In this document: piece by piece, positions 17,975 to 28,538 of the stretch | How the letters are laid out: every line of letters starts with the position of its first letter | Numbering within the stretch: the stretch's first letter is position 1 | Source: Candidatus Geocrenenecus dongiae | Lineage (GTDB): Archaea; Thermoproteota; Nitrososphaeria_A; Caldarchaeales; Wolframiiraptoraceae | Assembly: GCA_023267855.1 (NCBI GenBank) | Contig: JALNLN010000002.1 | Span: 11,094-75,093, forward strand | Length of the DNA: 64,000 nt | Direction of reading: 5' to 3' | Translations under genes and position numbers: made by a program | Notes under the pieces: generated by a model | The model's input: the letters and a program-made list of their open reading frames with translations, nothing else | What the model was told of the DNA's origin: nothing | The model's database searches: none

Positions 17975-20278
17975 TTAATCTTTACTCTTCTTCTTACTTG
18001 TTTGTTTACTCTTAGTTTCTTTTTCTTTCTTTTCTCTGACTTCCTTACTGATCTCTCCGAGTAACTTTTCCACGTCTTCACCACTTGATTCTAGTTTCTT
18101 GACTACGTCTTCAAGTGTAACTTTTGGTGCTTTTCTAATAGCTTCTATAATTTCTTCCTGAGCTTCTGGTTCCAGGATCTCTGTGATAGGCGGTCTAGGT
18201 ATAGGCAGTCTCCTAGACCTTCTACTAGCTCTTACTATGAGAAAAGTTGTTGTAGAGAGTGTTATCGCAATCCCTATTGTTAATGCTTGCAAGCTCATTT
18301 GAGATAATGGTATGGTAACGTATCTTATTCCACCTCTCATTAAATCGAGATTACCAGTTTCATGAAACCATAAATGTGAAATTTCTATAGTTATGTTTGA
18401 AGGTGGGAGTGGGCCTATAGGCGGGCTTCTTCCTTCATCATCTGTCTTTGCAGAATATTTTATCTTTCCGTCAGCTGTCTTTATAGTTATTTCTGCATCT
18501 TTAACTGGTAGACCTAGATAGTCTGATACTATAAACGTTATCTTGAAGAGAGTTGTTGAAATCTGTATTTTACGTAGGTTTTCATCTTCCTTTACTTCAA
18601 ATTCATCCATGTTGAGTACATTGTAACCTTCCCATTCAGATTTCAAGACTTTCCAAACACCTGTCCTGAGCCAAACCTCTGAACCTGAATTAACTTCTTC
18701 AACTTTTTCATACTGATTCTTTATTGTGAATACTACATTTTTCACGGGTTCATATTCTAGTGAAACTGCTTCAAGTAATATCTTCTTCTCTAAATAGTAA
18801 TTGGCCTTTACCAGGACTGGTGAGTTGATGTTTGTGAGAGTACAGTGATTTCTCTCTACTATACTGCATCCACTCCAAGAAGAGAATACTAGTCTAGTAT
18901 AATTATCTATTAGAATTATTGTTGGAGCATCTAGATCTAAGCTTTCTCCCTCTCTAATCCATACCTCTTTCTCTAGACCAGAATTCTCTGGAGCATCGAT
19001 CTTAACTTTATACTCTCTAATCCATGTAGCTTTTAAGATTAAGGGTTTATCAAGATTTTTTACACTTATTGTAGAGTTTGCTGTAACATAGCTTCCAACC
19101 CATTCTGTAAAGATTGCTCTTACATCATCTCTTATAATTCTCGCAGTTGGGTTTGCATCGATGTATATGGATTCTCCTTTCTCCACCCATTCACTTTTAG
19201 AGATCTTAATATCGTATTCAGATGAAATTGAAACATAGTAGAATACCTTCCATAAGGCATGTATTTTTAGAGGTTTCTCGACGAGTAAATCTATTCTTGG
19301 ATTATTATTTGATATATCCCCACTCCATCCATTGAAGACTATCTTTGTATAGTTGTTGAAGATCTCTTCAGGTTGTTTTAATTCATATTGTATCTTCTCA
19401 CCATGCTTTATCCAGCCATCATATAGTTTAGGAGATATATATTGAGATTCTATGAGAACATGGTGATACTTATTCCAGCTTGCTACTATCGTCATTGTTT
19501 TGTTAATTTTAATTTTTATGGTATCTGCTAAGATTGTTTTATCTACACTTCCTTTAGGCGGATAGTCTATCTGGAAATTCTCGAGAACTATTTTTGTTTC
19601 ACCATCATTTAGAATTATCGGGTTCACTTGGGGTTTTAGTTCTAATTCATCTTCTTCAAAATACCATCCACTCTTAACTGATAGAGGATGATCTGAAATT
19701 ACCTCAACGTAGTACTGGGTTTTCCAGAAAACTCTAGCATTTATAGGTCTCAAGACTTCAGCGATACTTATACTTGGGTTACTTGATTCTATGTCTCCAG
19801 CCCAGTGGGAGAAGACTCTCCTCACCCCTTCTTCTATATTTATGATCTCGGGAACAGTGTATGTGAATCTACTTCTTCTATAAACCCATTCACGTAATTC
19901 TTGATAACCTAAATCCAGCTCTACTAAATACTGTGCTCTATAAAATGCAGTATATTCTTGACTAGTATTTCCAGCAATAACTCTGAGCTCGTGAGAAGAA
20001 GACATATATCTACTCCCATTATACCATCCAGTAAATACTACTCTAGTATTATTACCGAACTCCATTATCGGGTACTGGATACTACAACTCGTTTCTTCTC
20101 CAGGTGCGACTACATTTCTACATAGGAGTCTCTTATCTCCAAGCTCTGTATACATATAGAATGTTAAAGTAACTTTGTTTCCTTCTTCTTGTCCTAGAAC
20201 TATCAAGAATGGAGAGATAGCCATCACTACTAGTAGTGTTATCATTACTATGTGGATCTTTGGTGAAGAGTGCAGCAT
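17975..20278 (-). CDS. large type-I membrane / surface protein with about five tandem InlB-B-repeat-like modules and a CarboxypepD_reg-like domain
   Basis: N-terminal signal/TM (ITLLVVMAISPFLIVLG). The module signature recurs as F.GW.G: VVFTGWYNGS, RVFSHWAGDIESSNPSISI, IVFNGWSGDISNNNPRIDL, AIFTEWVGSYVTANSTISV, LVFSSWSGCSIVE. Each is preceded by W..(E/H)GE. Many N-x-S/T sequons, a C-terminal TM (IGIAITLSTTTFLIV) and a K/E-rich cytoplasmic tail. Confidence 0.7.
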   Translation of the reverse strand: MLHSSPKIHIVMITLLVVMAISPFLIVLGQEEGNKVTLTFYMYTELGDKRLLCRNVVAPGEETSCSIQYPIMEFGNNTRVVFTGWYNGSRYMSSSHELRVIAGNTSQEYTAFYRAQYLVELDLGYQELREWVYRRSRFTYTVPEIINIEEGVRRVFSHWAGDIESSNPSISIAEVLRPINARVFWKTQYYVEVISDHPLSVKSGWYFEEDELELKPQVNPIILNDGETKIVLENFQIDYPPKGSVDKTILADTIKIKINKTMTIVASWNKYHHVLIESQYISPKLYDGWIKHGEKIQYELKQPEEIFNNYTKIVFNGWSGDISNNNPRIDLLVEKPLKIHALWKVFYYVSISSEYDIKISKSEWVEKGESIYIDANPTARIIRDDVRAIFTEWVGSYVTANSTISVKNLDKPLILKATWIREYKVKIDAPENSGLEKEVWIREGESLDLDAPTIILIDNYTRLVFSSWSGCSIVERNHCTLTNINSPVLVKANYYLEKKILLEAVSLEYEPVKNVVFTIKNQYEKVEEVNSGSEVWLRTGVWKVLKSEWEGYNVLNMDEFEVKEDENLRKIQISTTLFKITFIVSDYLGLPVKDAEITIKTADGKIKYSAKTDDEGRSPPIGPLPPSNITIEISHLWFHETGNLDLMRGGIRYVTIPLSQMSLQALTIGIAITLSTTTFLIVRASRRSRRLPIPRPPITEILEPEAQEEIIEAIRKAPKVTLEDVVKKLESSGEDVEKLLGEISKEVREKKEKETKSKQTSKKKSKD

Positions 20279-20336
20279 CCATACAAATTATTCTTAAGTC
20301 TTTAATAGCTGTTTCCTTCAACTTAGCTTGGAAACA

Positions 20337-20714
20337 TTATTCCTCTAAAGTTATTCTAAGATCTCTATGCATGAAGAGTATTTTTACGTGTTCTTTTTTT
20401 GCTTCTCTGATCAGTTTGAAGTCGTTTGTAGCTATAGGCATAGAGTATTCTTTAGCTGTTTCTATTAATTTCCTGTCTACGGATCCTTTTCCAAATGCTT
20501 CTAGTTTACTCATACGGTTAGCTATCTCTAAAGCTGTTCTTGCATGGAAAGCTTTCTTACTATGTTTCTTACATAAGTTTTCAAGTTCTTTCAAGATATC
20601 TTCTATGATGTATGGCTCAAGTTTATCATTTAACTGTCTCTCCGCCATGCTTATTAAGTCTCTTCCAAGTTCTGCCATCAGCAAGAGAAAACTTGTATCT
20701 ACGAGTATCTTCAT
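20337..20714 (-). CDS. PIN-domain protein (Fcf1-like, COG1412-type)
   Basis: MKILVDTSFLL... N-terminal acidic PIN signature and a later ATNDFKL motif, 125 aa. It lies immediately downstream of aIF2-gamma on the same strand, a pairing I recall as recurrent in archaea. Confidence 0.75.
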   Translation of the reverse strand: MKILVDTSFLLLMAELGRDLISMAERQLNDKLEPYIIEDILKELENLCKKHSKKAFHARTALEIANRMSKLEAFGKGSVDRKLIETAKEYSMPIATNDFKLIREAKKEHVKILFMHRDLRITLEE

Positions 20715-20741
20715 GTTCTCAACTATGTTGAGATATTTAGA

Positions 20742-21980
20742 CTAGAGTATCTTTCCATAACCTATCAATCTCCATCCAGCTCCAATCTTCCTTGAGATAG
20801 ATACTTTATCTCCTATTTCTGCAACGATAGGTCTAGTAAGCTTCACTTCTATCTTCTCCTTAGATCTATGGGTAACTATACCACTCGTTACTGCAGAATA
20901 TACATTTAGTACTAATGGTTCTTTCTCTGATAATGGTGCAACAGCTACTTTTTCCTTAACTCCGACCACATACTTGAATAAACTGTACTCTATTGTTAAT
21001 TCATAATGTGTTGGAGGAAGTGTTCCAGGTTTACCGGCCATATTTCCAACCATAGCATCTGCTTTAGTTAATGCTGGATCCAATTTAGTTTCTATACCTG
21101 TCAACCCGCCGCTCATTGCTTCCTGAACATCTCTACCACCTGCTTTTATATTGACTACTTCTGTTATCAGTGGCTCATATTTACTTCCAGATTCATCTAC
21201 AGGTATTCCTGGAGTTATCTCCATCTCTTCTCCGACTCTTATCTTCCCTTGTATTATTGATCCCCCTATTACTCCTCCTTTAATCTTGTTTCCAGGTGTT
21301 CCAGGAGGATTGACGTCAAACGATCTTAATATAGGCATTCTGAAGGGTTTTGATATATCTCTCGATGGTGTAGGTATGAATTTCTGTATAGCCCATAGAA
21401 GTATATCTACACCTGCTTTATGCTGTCCAGATACAGGTATTATTGGAGCATCTTCTAGTTTAGTTCCTTTTAGATATTTCTTTATTTCTTCATAATTTTC
21501 TAAAGCTCTTTCTCTAGTTACTAGATCTATCTTGTTCTGAGCTATAATCAATTTCTCTACACCCATTATGAGTGCAGCCTGTAGATGTTCACTATCTTGT
21601 GGTTGTGGAAAATTGTGTCTACTATCTACAACGAATATAGCTCCATCGAATAGAGCAGCGCCAGAAAGCATCGTTACCATTAATGAATGGTGTCCTGGGC
21701 AGTCTATGAAGGATATCGCTCTCTCAAATACTGTTTCAGAATTACAATTAGGACATATCTCACTAGCAGTATAGTTGAATGGTTCTTCGCATCTAGGACA
21801 TCTATATACTGCTGCATCTGCATAGCCAATCTTAATTGTTATTCCTCTTTTAAGTTCTTCAGAATGTCTAGCAGGCCATATCCCAGTTATTGACTGGACT
21901 ATCGTACTCTTACCATTATCTACATGTCCTAGAGTACCTATATTAACTTCTGGTTGCTTAGGCAGGGGCTTCACACTCAT
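20742..21980 (-). CDS. eif2g: translation initiation factor aIF2 gamma subunit
   Basis: GHVDNGKST, DCPGH, NKID, and the zinc-knuckle CPRCEEP...CPNC, 412 aa. Confidence 0.95.
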   Translation of the reverse strand: MSVKPLPKQPEVNIGTLGHVDNGKSTIVQSITGIWPARHSEELKRGITIKIGYADAAVYRCPRCEEPFNYTASEICPNCNSETVFERAISFIDCPGHHSLMVTMLSGAALFDGAIFVVDSRHNFPQPQDSEHLQAALIMGVEKLIIAQNKIDLVTRERALENYEEIKKYLKGTKLEDAPIIPVSGQHKAGVDILLWAIQKFIPTPSRDISKPFRMPILRSFDVNPPGTPGNKIKGGVIGGSIIQGKIRVGEEMEITPGIPVDESGSKYEPLITEVVNIKAGGRDVQEAMSGGLTGIETKLDPALTKADAMVGNMAGKPGTLPPTHYELTIEYSLFKYVVGVKEKVAVAPLSEKEPLVLNVYSAVTSGIVTHRSKEKIEVKLTRPIVAEIGDKVSISRKIGAGWRLIGYGKIL

Positions 21981-22031
21981 CTAGAATTTAATACATAATG
22001 CTATCTTATAGGGATGTCTCAGAGAAGAAAC

Positions 22032-22055
22032 TAATATTTTCTAAAATATTTTCTA
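22032..22055. repeat. 12-bp tandem duplication (TAATATTTTCTA / AAATATTTTCTA)
   Basis: Read directly in the ndk to aIF2-gamma spacer, with 11/12 identity. Confidence 0.6.
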
Positions 22056-22073
22056 AGATCAATCGGCCGCCCT

Positions 22074-22496
22074 CTAAATTGTTTGTAATTCTTCTTCTTT
22101 GAAGAAGATTTTATATTCTTTTTCATAAGATTCCCGGCTATCTGAAGCATGTATTAAGTTGTCTGTTAAGTCTATTGCTAAGTCACCTCTAATTGTACCT
22201 GGTAAAGCTTGTACTGGATCTGTTGCTCCAATAATATTTCTAACAACTTCTATAGCTCTCCTACCTTCAACAACCATGACTACAACTCTCCTACCTTCTA
22301 GAGTTTTTACAAGGTTATCGTAGAAAGGCTTACCTCTATGGACTGCGTATAGTTCTTCAACTAATTCTCTACTCATCTTCAGAAACTTGACTTGAATTAT
22401 CTTTAACCCTTTTCTCTCTAATCGTGATATTATCTCCCCTACGAGCCCTCTCTCGATACAGCTAGGCTTAAGCATTATAAACGTTCTCTCAAGCAT
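22074..22496 (-). CDS. ndk: nucleoside diphosphate kinase
   Basis: ERTFIMLKP..ERGLVGEIISR...NLIHASDS (active-site His), 140 aa. Confidence 0.95.
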   Translation of the reverse strand: MLERTFIMLKPSCIERGLVGEIISRLERKGLKIIQVKFLKMSRELVEELYAVHRGKPFYDNLVKTLEGRRVVVMVVEGRRAIEVVRNIIGATDPVQALPGTIRGDLAIDLTDNLIHASDSRESYEKEYKIFFKEEELQTI

Positions 22497-22556
22497 AACT
22501 GATTATTTTACAAACTATAATATAGAGATGATTTGAAACTCAGATAATTAAAAATT

Positions 22557-23630
22557 CTAGAGCTTCAGGTTTCTCTGACAACACCATTCTAGTAGCGGTC
22601 CAAAGATTATTATTTTTTTAGAATTTCTAAGTTCTTCTATTGTAGACGATCCAGTTAGATACATAGCTACCTTGATCTGCATGATAATCTCTTTTAGGTA
22701 ATTTAATACATGTTGGGGATTCTTCACGGCAAGTCTTAGTAGTGGTCTAGCTATTCCAGCCATACATGCACCTAGAGATAGTGATTTAGCTATGTCTAGT
22801 CCAGATCTTATACCGCCAGATGCTACTACATCTATATTGACCGATGAAGCTACTTCTATTAGAGAAGCTGCCGTTGGGATTCCCCATTCTTGAAATACTT
22901 CTCCAAGAACTTCCCTCTCAATATCTTGAGATTCTCTAGCTCTAATCTTCTCAATCAGCGTCCAGTTTGTTCCACCTGCTCCAGCCACATCTATTGCTTT
23001 TACACCTATTGATTCAAGAATCTTCGCCGTCTCCATAGGTATACCGCATCCAACTTCTTTTACAATTACCGGCACGTCCAGTCTCTCTATAGTTTTCTCA
23101 ATTGCTTTTAATACTCCTCTAAATATTGGTGTACCTTTTGGCTGGATTAATTCTTGGAGGGGGTTAAGATGTATTGCGAGAGCATCTGCATCTATCATCT
23201 CTACAGCCTTTTCCGCTAGCTCTACACCTTCTCTAGCTAACTGAACTCCACCTATATTTCCTATCAAGAATATGTCTGGATCTACATCTCTAGCAACTCT
23301 ATACGTGTATACCAAGCTTGGATCATATATTCCAGCTCTCTGACTTCCAACTTCCATCGGTATATTCAGTTTAGAAGATACTTCAGCAAGATTCTTATTT
23401 ATCTCGAATGCTTCTGGAACACCCCCAGTCATCCCCTCAATCAGTATAGGATAATTGAAACATTCTCCCAGAAACTTTGTCTCAAGTTTTACATCATCTA
23501 TATTCATTTCTGGAAGAGGGTTATGTATGAATTCAACATACTCGAACCAAGTAGTCTTATCTTTAAACTCTACATCTTCTTCCAGACATATCTTTATGTG
23601 ATCTTTTTTACGGGAAACATGTTCTTCCAT
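22557..23630 (-). CDS. fni: isopentenyl-diphosphate delta-isomerase, type 2 (FMN-dependent)
   Basis: RKKDHIKICLEEDVE N-terminus and TIM-barrel glycine-rich motifs (VAGAGGTNW, ASGGIRSGLD), 357 aa. Confidence 0.9.
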   Translation of the reverse strand: MEEHVSRKKDHIKICLEEDVEFKDKTTWFEYVEFIHNPLPEMNIDDVKLETKFLGECFNYPILIEGMTGGVPEAFEINKNLAEVSSKLNIPMEVGSQRAGIYDPSLVYTYRVARDVDPDIFLIGNIGGVQLAREGVELAEKAVEMIDADALAIHLNPLQELIQPKGTPIFRGVLKAIEKTIERLDVPVIVKEVGCGIPMETAKILESIGVKAIDVAGAGGTNWTLIEKIRARESQDIEREVLGEVFQEWGIPTAASLIEVASSVNIDVVASGGIRSGLDIAKSLSLGACMAGIARPLLRLAVKNPQHVLNYLKEIIMQIKVAMYLTGSSTIEELRNSKKIIIFGPLLEWCCQRNLKL

Positions 23631-23769
23631 AATTCTTCTAAAAAGGAGATTGTAAAGAATGATAAAAGTATATCTAGTAAGTTCCCTTAAAAACCAATAA
23701 TACTATTAAGACTGTTTAATGTTAATCATAGATAGCTATAATACTTGTTTAGTATATCTTTATTTCGGG

Positions 23770-24639
23770 ATGTTGAGGAGGAGACCAGCTGTAGCAGGAT
23801 TATTCTATGAATTTTCTCCAAAATCTCTTAAGGAACAAATAGAAGAATGTTTTCTTCATCCAATAGGTCCTGGAAAGATTCCAGAGAAAGCTGTTGTTAA
23901 AGGTTCCTGCCCATTAGCGTTGATATCCCCTCATGCTGGGTACATGTATTCTGGTCCTGTTGCTGCTCATGGGTATTTTCTACTTGCTGGTAGAATGAAG
24001 CCTGATACTATAATAATAGTAGGTCCAAATCATTATGGTATCGGTGTAGATGTCTCAATATATCCTAGTGGTGTTTGGGTCACTCCTCTAGGAGAAGTAG
24101 AAGTAGATTACGAGCTGGCGAAGTATCTTGCCGAGTCTTGGAGCATATTCTCTCTAGATGAGTTTTCTCATTCCCGTGAACATTCTATCGAAGTCCAGAT
24201 ACCATTTCTCCAATACATTCTCGGAGACACCTTCAAGATTCTACCAATATGTATGCTAGACCAGAGTTTAGAGACTGCGCTCCAAGTTGGAGAATCTTTA
24301 GCAGAATTGATTAGAGAGAAGAAGAATAGAAGTATAATGTTGATTGCTTCTACAGATTTCACTCACTATGAACCTCACTCAGTTGCAGTTAAGAAAGATT
24401 CTGTAGCTATAGAGAAGATAACGAGACTAGATTGTGAAGAATTGTACCGTGTAATAAGAGAACTAGATATATCTATGTGTGGATACGGTCCAGTAATCTC
24501 CATAATGGAAGCATCCAGAAGGCTTGGAGCTAGAGAAGCTCAACTCCTAAAATACGCTACAAGTGGCGATGTAACTGGAGATAAAACATCTGTAGTAGGA
24601 TATGCATCGATCAAGATAGAACATCCATTAAAAATATGA
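23770..24639 (+). CDS. MEMO1-family protein (AmmeMemoRadiSam system protein B)
   Basis: RRPAVAGLFY...SPHAGYMYSGPVAAHGY...FTHY motifs. The start is placed at the internal Met (MLRRRPAVAG); the tracked start is 23719. Confidence 0.85.
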   Translation: MLRRRPAVAGLFYEFSPKSLKEQIEECFLHPIGPGKIPEKAVVKGSCPLALISPHAGYMYSGPVAAHGYFLLAGRMKPDTIIIVGPNHYGIGVDVSIYPSGVWVTPLGEVEVDYELAKYLAESWSIFSLDEFSHSREHSIEVQIPFLQYILGDTFKILPICMLDQSLETALQVGESLAELIREKKNRSIMLIASTDFTHYEPHSVAVKKDSVAIEKITRLDCEELYRVIRELDISMCGYGPVISIMEASRRLGAREAQLLKYATSGDVTGDKTSVVGYASIKIEHPLKI

Positions 24640-24860
24640 ACAATCTAAAAACCAATAATGATAATTAAAGAAAACTAGACACGCCGTAACTTCAACATAG
24701 AAACAAAGATATTTAATAAAATCAAAATTCTGCTTTTTTAATATATGAATTTTCCGAGAAGTCCTTTAAAATAAACTATGAGGCCAAGTTCTCTAGTTTG
24801 ATCTCCTGCTTATTCCTATAAAAGAAAAAGAAATATACATAGAAGAAATAATATATTCTT

Positions 24861-26732
24861 ATGAAATTAGGTGGATATGCAGGTAAGATACTTATTATCG
24901 ACCTCAATAAAGAGAAGATCCTTACACAGAGCTTGAATATGGTTTATGCAAAAGCCTATATAGGGGGTAAGGGTTTAGGCGCTAGATATATGCTAGACTA
25001 CATAGATCCTAAGGTTGATCCACTAAGTCCAGATAATTTGTTCATGATATTTAGTTGTCCAGCAAATGGAACGATAGCTCCAGCTTCTGGTAAATATCCA
25101 GTAATCACTAAGTCACCATTAACAGGAATATGGCTTGACTCCCACTCAGGTGGACCCATAGGTGCTGAATTAAAATACGCTGGCTTTGATGGTGTTATTA
25201 TTACTGGGAGAGCAAAAGAACCTTCCTACATATATATAGATGATCAATATGTTGATATAAGGAAAGCGAAAAATCTTTGGGGTAAGAAGATAAGTGAAAC
25301 TAGAAAAACTATTAAAGAAGAGCTTGGAGACCCACTAGTTAAAGTAATGTGTATTGGTCCTTCAGGAGAAAAGCTAGTGAGATTCGCAAATGTAGATTCA
25401 GAAGGTAGACAGCATGGTAGAGGTGGTGCGGGAGCGGTATTAGGCTCTAAGAATATTAAAGCTGTTGCTGTTAGAGGTACTGGATCGGTAGAAGTAGCCT
25501 ATCCAGAAGAATTCATAAAAGCTTGTGAAGAAATGAGTAGAATGGATATCTTTGAGAATCCTGAAGCTCAGTTTGGAATTAAGTGGGGCTCAATAGCCTT
25601 GATGTGGCCGATTCAAGAAGTTGGCGCTCTTCCAACCAGAAACTATACAGATGGAAGATTTGAACACGTATCCAGCATAGACGCTAATGTAGTTTTAAAA
25701 CACTCGATAAAGAGGGGAGCATGCTTCTCTTGTCCTATAGGTTGCCACAACTACGTTTTAATAGATTATGGACCCTGGGCGGGAACATTAGTTGAGGGAC
25801 CTGAATATGAGACAGCTGACTTAATCGGAGCTAATACAGGCACATCTAGATTCGATGCAATTGCCAAAGCAAACGAGTTGTGTGATGAGTATGGCTTAGA
25901 TACAATAACAACGGGATCGGTTGTAGCATGGAGCATGGAGTTGTTTGAGAGAGGGCTACTTACACTCGAAGATACAGGAGGTTTAGAACTTAAATTTGGT
26001 AATGCAGAAGCATTAGTCTCGTTAATAGAGAAGATTGCGAATAGAGAGGGGATAGGAGATATACTGGCTGAGGGAACGAGAATTGCAAGCCAAAAGATTG
26101 GAAAGAATAGTGAGAGATACGCTGTACATGTTAAAGGATTAGAGCTTCCAGCTTACGAACCTAGAGCTTCTCCAGCGATGGGTTTATCTTACGCAGTGGC
26201 AGATCGAGGAGGATGCCATTTGAGGTCATGGCCTATTGGCCCAGAATGCTTAAACGCTTACTGGCTTGGCGCTAAGCCGATCAAGCTAGACCGGTGGAGC
26301 CCCGAGAATAAAGCTATTGTAGTTGTACAACAAGAACATCAATATGCAGCTAAATTCGCTTTAGGAGTATGCGATTTCTGCTGCTGGGATAATCAAAGAT
26401 TAACGAATATTCTGTGGACTGTGACAGGTTTTGATGAATATAGAGATGTTAGAAACTTCGAGTTAGCTGGAGAAAGAATAATCAATTTAATACGAACTAT
26501 CAATGTTAGATTTGGGATCTCATCGAAAGATGATAAACTTCCACCTAGAATACATAATGATCCGCTTAAGACAGGTCCAGCCGCTAATAGAGTATTGAGA
26601 GAAGAAGATTTTGAATTCATGAAGAAAGATTACTACAATATTAGGGGATGGGACGCCGAGGGAAGACCGACTGTAGAGAAACTGAAAGAGCTTGGAATGG
26701 ATGATGTATTAAGATACGTGAATTGGAGGTGA
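24861..26732 (+). CDS. aor: tungsten-containing aldehyde:ferredoxin oxidoreductase family enzyme
   Basis: 623 aa with AOR_N-type start (MKLGGYAGKILIIDLNKEKI), pterin/cluster motifs (GRGGAGAVLGSKNIKA, CFSCPIGC, EYE) and a C-terminal AOR domain. Confidence 0.9.
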   Translation: MKLGGYAGKILIIDLNKEKILTQSLNMVYAKAYIGGKGLGARYMLDYIDPKVDPLSPDNLFMIFSCPANGTIAPASGKYPVITKSPLTGIWLDSHSGGPIGAELKYAGFDGVIITGRAKEPSYIYIDDQYVDIRKAKNLWGKKISETRKTIKEELGDPLVKVMCIGPSGEKLVRFANVDSEGRQHGRGGAGAVLGSKNIKAVAVRGTGSVEVAYPEEFIKACEEMSRMDIFENPEAQFGIKWGSIALMWPIQEVGALPTRNYTDGRFEHVSSIDANVVLKHSIKRGACFSCPIGCHNYVLIDYGPWAGTLVEGPEYETADLIGANTGTSRFDAIAKANELCDEYGLDTITTGSVVAWSMELFERGLLTLEDTGGLELKFGNAEALVSLIEKIANREGIGDILAEGTRIASQKIGKNSERYAVHVKGLELPAYEPRASPAMGLSYAVADRGGCHLRSWPIGPECLNAYWLGAKPIKLDRWSPENKAIVVVQQEHQYAAKFALGVCDFCCWDNQRLTNILWTVTGFDEYRDVRNFELAGERIINLIRTINVRFGISSKDDKLPPRIHNDPLKTGPAANRVLREEDFEFMKKDYYNIRGWDAEGRPTVEKLKELGMDDVLRYVNWR

Positions 26733-26736
26733 GATC

Positions 26737-27252
26737 GTGAGTTCAGTATTCATGCCTGAAAAGATACTAGTAATAGACCTGGATAAATGCACTGGATGTG
26801 AGCGATGCATTTTAGCATGTAATTTTAAGAAATCTGGAAAATTCGGTAGAACAGATAGTAGAATAAGAGTATTCAGCTGGAAGGAGACAGGAGATTTCAT
26901 TCCGACGACATGCCTCCACTGCAATCCTGCACCATGTCAGGAATCATGCGGTGTAGGTGCAATACATAGAGATGGAAAGACAGGCGCCGTATACATAGAT
27001 TACAAAACATGTATAAATTGCAAAGCATGTATGTATGCATGTCCTTATGGTGCAATAAGCATTGACACACAAGGAAGAGTAGTTAAGTGTGATCTATGTG
27101 AAGGACAACCAGCGTGCGTAGAAGCATGTTCATTCAATGCTCTAAGATTCGAGAAACCAGTTAAAGCTGTTGATAAATTAGTTGTTGAATACGTAAAATC
27201 TCTAAAAGCGGCGGGTGTCAGTAAAGGACCTTCAGCACCTATTAGACCATAA
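26737..27252 (+). CDS. polyferredoxin-like 4x[4Fe-4S] electron-transfer subunit
   Basis: Four Cys clusters: CTGCERCILAC, CLHCNPAPCQESC, CINCKACMYACP, CDLCEGQPACVEAC. GTG start 4 nt after the aor stop. Confidence 0.85.
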   Translation: MSSVFMPEKILVIDLDKCTGCERCILACNFKKSGKFGRTDSRIRVFSWKETGDFIPTTCLHCNPAPCQESCGVGAIHRDGKTGAVYIDYKTCINCKACMYACPYGAISIDTQGRVVKCDLCEGQPACVEACSFNALRFEKPVKAVDKLVVEYVKSLKAAGVSKGPSAPIRP

Positions 27253-27257
27253 CATAT

Positions 27258-28538
27258 CTATCCAACCAACTCTATATTTTTTTCTTTATCCATAAACTCG
27301 TCTAATCCTATTTTTTCTTTTATTGCTTTCATGAATATTGTTGATTTGTAAGATACTAACCATGGGCTTGCAGCTTGCCATCCAATAATGGTTTGTCGAC
27401 GGTCCCTTAAGCAAACCAATAAGCTTATAGGATGTTTTCCTATCCCTGGAACTTTATATTTAATTATACTTTTAGATGTATTTAATCCAAGTTCTTTTGC
27501 TTCTTTAGTATTTAGACCAATCCTGATAATAGCTATATCAAATACTTCAAGATACTGCATAGGGATGAATCCATCATAAGTTGTCTCAACTCCAGCACAA
27601 TTCTTCCCAGCTATCTCAGCCATAGAAACTGCCAATGTGCCAATTGGTCTAAAAGTCTCTTTTTTCGTGAAATAGTCTATAGATGTTGCACAATCTCCTA
27701 CGGAGTATACATTTGGAACAGATGTTTCGAATTTCTCATTTGTTCTTATAGCTTTCTTAGAACCTAGCTCTATTCCTGCAGAAACGGCCAGTCTGTTTTC
27801 AGGCTTAACCCCTATTGTGAAAAACACCATATCTGCTGGAAACTTGTATCCATTGATAACGACCTTCTTAACTCTTCTCTTATCTTTTCTATCACCCATA
27901 ATTTTATCTATGCTGGCATTGGTCAATACTTTAACACCTTTACTTACTAATCTCTGAATTAAGTAATTAGAGATTTCTTCATCAAACATTGTTAATCCTA
28001 TTCCCGGCAATTTTTCAACCAATGTGACATCTAATCCTCTTGTTCTAAGAGCATCGGCTAGCAGTAGACCAACTAGCCCAGCACCTACAACGAAAGCCTT
28101 CATTCCCACACAGATGTAGTTATTTGCCATTAATGCTTCATCGTACTCATTGAAAGTAAATACGCCTATCTTATTGACACCATCAATTCCAGGTTTGATC
28201 GGCTTAGCTCCTGTCGCTAATACCAATTTATTAAAAGTGTATTTTTTCTCAATACCTTGAGATTCAAACTTAATAGATCTCTCAACCAGATTTAATGCTT
28301 TAACTTCAGTAGATGGGTAAAACTCGATCTTTTTAGTATCGAAATCTGGATAAAGTTTAAAGAACTCTATTGAAAGACCTCTCTTTATAATATAATGTAA
28401 AGCCATCTTAGTGTAAGTAAAAGGAGCTTTTGTAAAAACTGAGATACTGCTTTCTTTATCATATTCTCTAATAATCATCGAAGTATTTATTCCAGCTACT
28501 CCACCACCTATTATTATAACATCACGATGTGTAGACAT
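27258..28538 (-). CDS. FAD-dependent pyridine nucleotide-disulfide oxidoreductase family flavoprotein
   Basis: Two dinucleotide-binding motifs (IIGGGVAGI, VVGAGLVGLLLAD) and GDCA, 426 aa. I see no obvious redox-active Cys near the N-terminus. It is convergent with the aor pair, with 5 nt between the stops. Confidence 0.8.
   Translation of the reverse strand: MSTHRDVIIIGGGVAGINTSMIIREYDKESSISVFTKAPFTYTKMALHYIIKRGLSIEFFKLYPDFDTKKIEFYPSTEVKALNLVERSIKFESQGIEKKYTFNKLVLATGAKPIKPGIDGVNKIGVFTFNEYDEALMANNYICVGMKAFVVGAGLVGLLLADALRTRGLDVTLVEKLPGIGLTMFDEEISNYLIQRLVSKGVKVLTNASIDKIMGDRKDKRRVKKVVINGYKFPADMVFFTIGVKPENRLAVSAGIELGSKKAIRTNEKFETSVPNVYSVGDCATSIDYFTKKETFRPIGTLAVSMAEIAGKNCAGVETTYDGFIPMQYLEVFDIAIIRIGLNTKEAKELGLNTSKSIIKYKVPGIGKHPISLLVCLRDRRQTIIGWQAASPWLVSYKSTIFMKAIKEKIGLDEFMDKEKNIELVG

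Noticed and set aside
22032-22055. 12-bp tandem duplication as a regulatory or CRISPR-like repeat
   Set aside because: There are only two units of AT-rich sequence in a short spacer. It is most simply a slippage duplication of a TATA-like promoter segment. It is listed as a repeat feature only.
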